From the NCBI GenBank assembly GCA_964252035.1, contig OZ176201.1: a stretch of 64,000 nucleotides of DNA; one strand, given 5' to 3'. The stretch is from Podarcis erhardii. Its lineage: Eukaryota. Under the pieces are notes generated by a model. The model was not told the DNA's origin, did no database searches, and saw only the letters and a list, made by a program, of their open reading frames with translations. The position numbers were made by a program, and so were the translations under genes. Numbering within the stretch: the stretch's first letter is position 1; every line of letters begins with the position of its first letter. Shown piece by piece: positions 59,934-64,000 of this stretch.

Positions 59934-61881
59934 GGCACACAGGGGTCTCCACTAAGTTTCTTGTGCTCCATTTGTCATCCACCACTGCCAAAGAGAGCAG
60001 AGTCTTTTGCACCAAATTCATATGTACAGCAGTTTGCATCTTCCTCCAAAGCAACTTCAGAACCCTGATCAAAACTTGGCTGACCTCTTCCTTCCCCTCT
60101 GGAGTATTGGGTTAAAACAGGCTAAAACAGGGAACACTGCTGAGAATCAGCAGCTGCCTCTGCGCATTTCAGCTGCAAAACTCTGGGTGGGAAGAGGCTT
60201 TGCTGAATGTTTAGAGCAAACACTTCTTTGCTCTTGGCATGGAATCCTATTGAGACAGGGCCAAGGAGGATGGGAACTCCAGGCAAACTGCCTCGTAGTG
60301 CCAACACTTCCAGCACATTGGTTCAGTTTAGGACACCTGCTACACCACAGGCCAGAGGGAGGCTGCATTCTAATTGGCTGGTTGTGCATAGCGTTGCTAC
60401 TATCCCATGGTGACATCTTTGCTCTGAATGCTCTCACCTCGTGACTTCTGACGCCAGTCAACTGGTGTGCCAGAGATACACATAGACAACTCCTCTTCCT
60501 CTGACCTCATGGAACAAATGAAAAGGAGAACTGAGAGCGGGGAAGAAGAAGAAGCAAGAATGAAGTAAAGGACAACCTATTGGGGGGCATGCAAAGAAAT
60601 ACCTGAAAGCACAAAACAACCCAGCAATATTTTTCCTACTGATCTGTTGAGAGAGATTTAAGAGCTTAACTCTCCCACTGAACTCAGTGGGACTTAAAAG
60701 CCACTTTATGATGGCTGGATCACTCCCGTAATTGTGCAACAATCAAGCTTCAACAATTCTGGAAATCATCAAACAGGTCCTGGTTACTGTTTATGTTTAT
60801 AAGAACACATTTTTTAAGGTATTAAATGAATGAGCAGTGAAACCATCAGCAAAATCTGCTTTCTTGGGCATATGGGTGGATTTCCCCATTACAATATGTG
60901 ACAGAAAAGCACAGGTGTGTTTGTGAGAGAGAGACAGAGAGTGAGTGAGCGAGCATGTGTATTATGCTTCTACTTTCTGCCATGTGTTGTCTTTGCTGGA
61001 AATGGAACTCAAACAAAGCTTGCTACACTTTACCGGGTAGAGATGCACAAGCTCCAGATTCCCACAAGAGAGAAGCAGCAGCGCCAATCAGTCAGGTATC
61101 TGCTTTTATGTCATATAGCATATTGTGTGAAAAAAAGTTTAACATTCCACACGGATTAAAAAAGGAAGGAGAAAAGTTAAAATAATCACAGTGCAAAACA
61201 GGAAGCCTACATTTCCTAGTGGAAGGGTGCTTATGGGAAAGAATTGCTTCAGAGATGATGCAAAGACAACACAGGCCCCTGGGGAGCTTGAGCTTCCTAA
61301 TTATTTGTTTTGATTTTACATCACATATCTGCAAGAGATTAGTTCTTGTATTAATTCATTGTAGTAATAATTACAGGCCTCGGTCTGCATGCATCAAAAT
61401 AAGTGAGTCGCTCACAGACTACATCCATCCACAGCTGCTAGCTATGTTTTCTGGGGGGAAAACTCCTTTGCCTTTAACACCTGCATGACAAGTGCAAATT
61501 CAGCATGCAAAGCTGCACAGAAATACAGTAAGGGGAGGGGGGGGATCTTCACCTGTCTGGCTTCTGCGAGCACACTTCATTTACCAACTACATAGCCTTA
61601 AGAAAGTTGATGATGAAATGTAGTTTTTCATCTACCAGCACCAATAAGTGAGGTGCCCGGGACCTTTAAAATAACGCAGGACTACTATACTGCTGGCCCA
61701 TCCCTTCAGTAAATATGGCTCTATCAACAGTCCTCATCTCCAAAGGAATACCTGCTTTTATAACACTCCTGAATTCTTGAGGCATTTTACACCCAGGAAG
61801 CAATAACAGAGCATAACCCTGAAAAGAAAGCTCATTCGCCCAGTATGCATGTCACTGCAAGCCACAGTTAATGGTTTACCA

Positions 61882-62170
61882 TAGGGGTGGGGAACCTCAG
61901 GCCTGGGGGCTAAATGAAGCCCTCCAGGCATCTCCATCTATCCCTTCCAACTCTCTCCAGTCCCCCCCCCCAAGTGTTTCTTTCTGGCTGGAATGTGTCC
62001 TTGAACTCTGGCAATGCCTCTTGCTTTTCTAGGCAGAGAACAGAGGGGTGTGTAGAAATGAGTATACTGTAAAAGGTAAAATGTACACTCATTGCTCTGC
62101 CTGCTTTTGCTCTGGCCCCACGGCCCCCAGAAGATTACCCAGAAGGATACGTGGCCCCTTTGGCTAAAAG
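61882..62170. mobile_element. Old hAT-type element
   Basis: TAGGGGTGGGGAACCTCAGGCC start; GGCCCCACGGCCCCCAGAAG...GTGGCCCCTTTGGCTAAAAG subterminal motif. Confidence 0.55.
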
Positions 62171-62742
62171 CATGAATGCAGAGATCACTCATTTCATTCC
62201 TCTCCTAATGAGAGCGGCAAATCATGACCCTTGGCTTACTGCTACATCTGAACTGGGGATCATGGTTGGTTTCACTCAAACTACAATGAGGAAGCCAAGA
62301 ACAAACCTTGGCTTCATATCGTAGCTTATCTGGAGTGACGCAAACTGCAATACCCAGGTTGGATGTAGCATCAAGTCAGGAATCGTGGTTTGTAGCTCTT
62401 GCTCTTGCTGAAGGAGCAGTGAAGCTCTCTCACCTTCTTAATTTGCTGGGTCATTGCCATATGCCAAGAAGGGGAGAGGAAAGGTAGCGGGAGCTTGGCA
62501 TGGCGCAGGCACAACATGGATGTGGCATCAACTTGGCTCCACAGCACACCGAGTTCCCACTGCCTTCCCTCTGTCTCGGTAAGTGGCAGTGACCTGGCAC
62601 ATTCAGAAGGTGGGAGAACAGCGCAGCCCCATTGGTTGCTAATGGCTCATGGTAAACCATTAACTCTGGTTTGTTGTGATGTGCAGATTCAGTCAGTGTG
62701 CCTGAATTCACCACAAGGCACCGGCTTGCACTCTGGGGTTTT

Positions 62743-62887
62743 CATAGAAGCATAGAATCATGCTTCTATGGGAGGAATCCTAAGGATCATGTAGTCCAAC
62801 TCCCTGCCATGCAGGAATATGCAGCTGCCCCATACAGGGATTGAACCTGCAACCTTGGTGGTATCAGCACCCACACTCTTAACCAGC
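62743..62887 (-). mobile_element. tRNA-headed SINE with CR1-type tail
   Basis: Reverse complement reads GCTGGTTAAGAGTGTGG...GGTTGCAGGTTCAATCCC...CCTGCATGGCAGGGAGTTGGACTACATGATCC...ATTCTATG; same tail class as 26870-27006. Confidence 0.8.
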
Positions 62888-64000
62888 AGCGTTTGCTTGT
62901 TCCCTTTCTTTGTAATGCAATGAAGCGGGTGGTATTATTTAAAAGACTGATCTTCAAAATATTAATCACTTAGCACATTTTAATCAACCACTTGCTTTAG
63001 TGAAAGGAGTGGAAAGGCATAGAAACAGAAGAATTATTTCCACACTTCCATTTTTTAAAAAAAATCTGCAGATGGGTGAATGCTAATCACCTTAGGTTAT
63101 CATCAGTCGTATTAGGTACCTTGGTATGCATGTGACAAAATGGGTAATTCTGTACAGGAAATAAAGCCAAGGGAGTTAAGGAGAGGAAAACAGAGGAATA
63201 CTAATCCAGAATAAAAGATACTCATGAAATTAGCACAAGACTGAATATAGAGGGTGAGGAGGGCATCCCTGTAGCTGGACACATGGCCAGCACTTCTTAC
63301 AAACCCTGAGCACCAGAGGTGGAATACAGGGTTAGACATTGGGACTGGGGAGGGGACCTTTTACCTCTTACAGTTGGTAGCAGACCACTGAGCTTTGAAA
63401 GCATCATATATGCCAGCCAACATTGGCAGGGAGACAATAGGCTAAAATAAGTGCTGGCAAGAGGAGTCCCTGGATCTTCAGCAACTCAGGATTCTGAAAG
63501 CACAGGGGAGGAGAGGAGGGCAGAGGAACAACCTTTTGGCTCTCATGAATGACAATGAAAATATGTGGTGCTGCCAGCACCACCTCAGCTGCCCCATCTC
63601 CATAGGGAAGGATCTCATTGTGATGTGTGCAGGATCTTGCTCCCGACTGCAACAAATACTCCAGAGGCCCTCCCTTTTCCAAGCAGCAGCAGCAGAAACA
63701 CACAATATTCACCCGACTCTGAAGGCTGGTTTGGAAGAAGGCTCCCAAGTATAAATAATACTTTGCGGAGCTGGCAAATTCAGACTACAGTGGAAACCAG
63801 GCTGTAATCAGCAGAACAGCTGTGGATCCTTCACATCTCGTCTGGCACCTTCCCTCCTTCCTCACAGCAAAGAAACAGCCACGCATGCTCCAAAAACTCT
63901 CCCACGGTTGCAAATAAACATCCTGGGACACTCAGGGATCCAGATGTCTTGAGAGGGAAGGCGGCAGTGCAGGGCCTGGGGAGAGCAAACGGAGCAGGTG

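Larger units (their letters stand above)
17157..64000 (-). other. PPARGC1B: PPARGC1B intron 1 (partial, at least 46.8 kb)
   Basis: No further PGC-1beta coding sequence and no exon-1 peptide (..LLDEELSSF..) was seen upstream of the exon 2 acceptor; TE-rich, no CpG island of promoter size. A long first intron is known for mammalian PPARGC1B. Confidence 0.8.

Noticed and set aside
17157-64000. PPARGC1B exon 1, the mammalian alternative first exon and miR-378
   Set aside because: I did not see an LLDEELSSF-coding segment, a promoter-sized CpG island, or the miR-378 arms (ACTGGACTTGGAGTCAGAAGGC / CTCCTGACTCCAGGTCCTGTGT) on either strand. In mammals miR-378 lies close to exon 1, which is outside this window. 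Search was by eye.

Overview
Vertebrate (squamate, most likely lacertid lizard judging by the Sauria-type SINE and reptile MITE families) genomic DNA containing the 5'-middle part of PPARGC1B (PGC-1beta) on the minus strand. Coding exon 2 is at 16983-17156, exon 3 at 8751-8963, exon 4 at 4888-5004 and the large exon 5 at 563-1721, all with canonical AG/GT boundaries and a continuous reading frame. Everything from 17157 to 64000 is intron 1 (exon 1 is not in the window), and exon 6 lies beyond the left edge. The introns carry tRNA-derived SINEs, MIR/CORE SINEs, young Tc1/pogo-type and hAT MITEs with intact TIRs and TSDs, old palindromic elements, a Penelope-like relic, many microsatellites and two assembly gaps. 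The most interesting leads are: (1) a candidate internal first exon in intron 3 (promoter-like motifs followed by ATG|GTAAG, in phase with exon 4) that would give an activation-domain-less PGC-1beta; (2) three degenerate hammerhead-ribozyme cores in an inverted Penelope-like remnant; (3) a long inverted repeat in intron 1; (4) a recurring MEF2-like plus E-box module in three CpG-rich patches; (5) a young hAT MITE carrying NRF1-like motifs. All motif and repeat calls were made by eye; no database search was run, and comparisons to human PPARGC1B are from memory.
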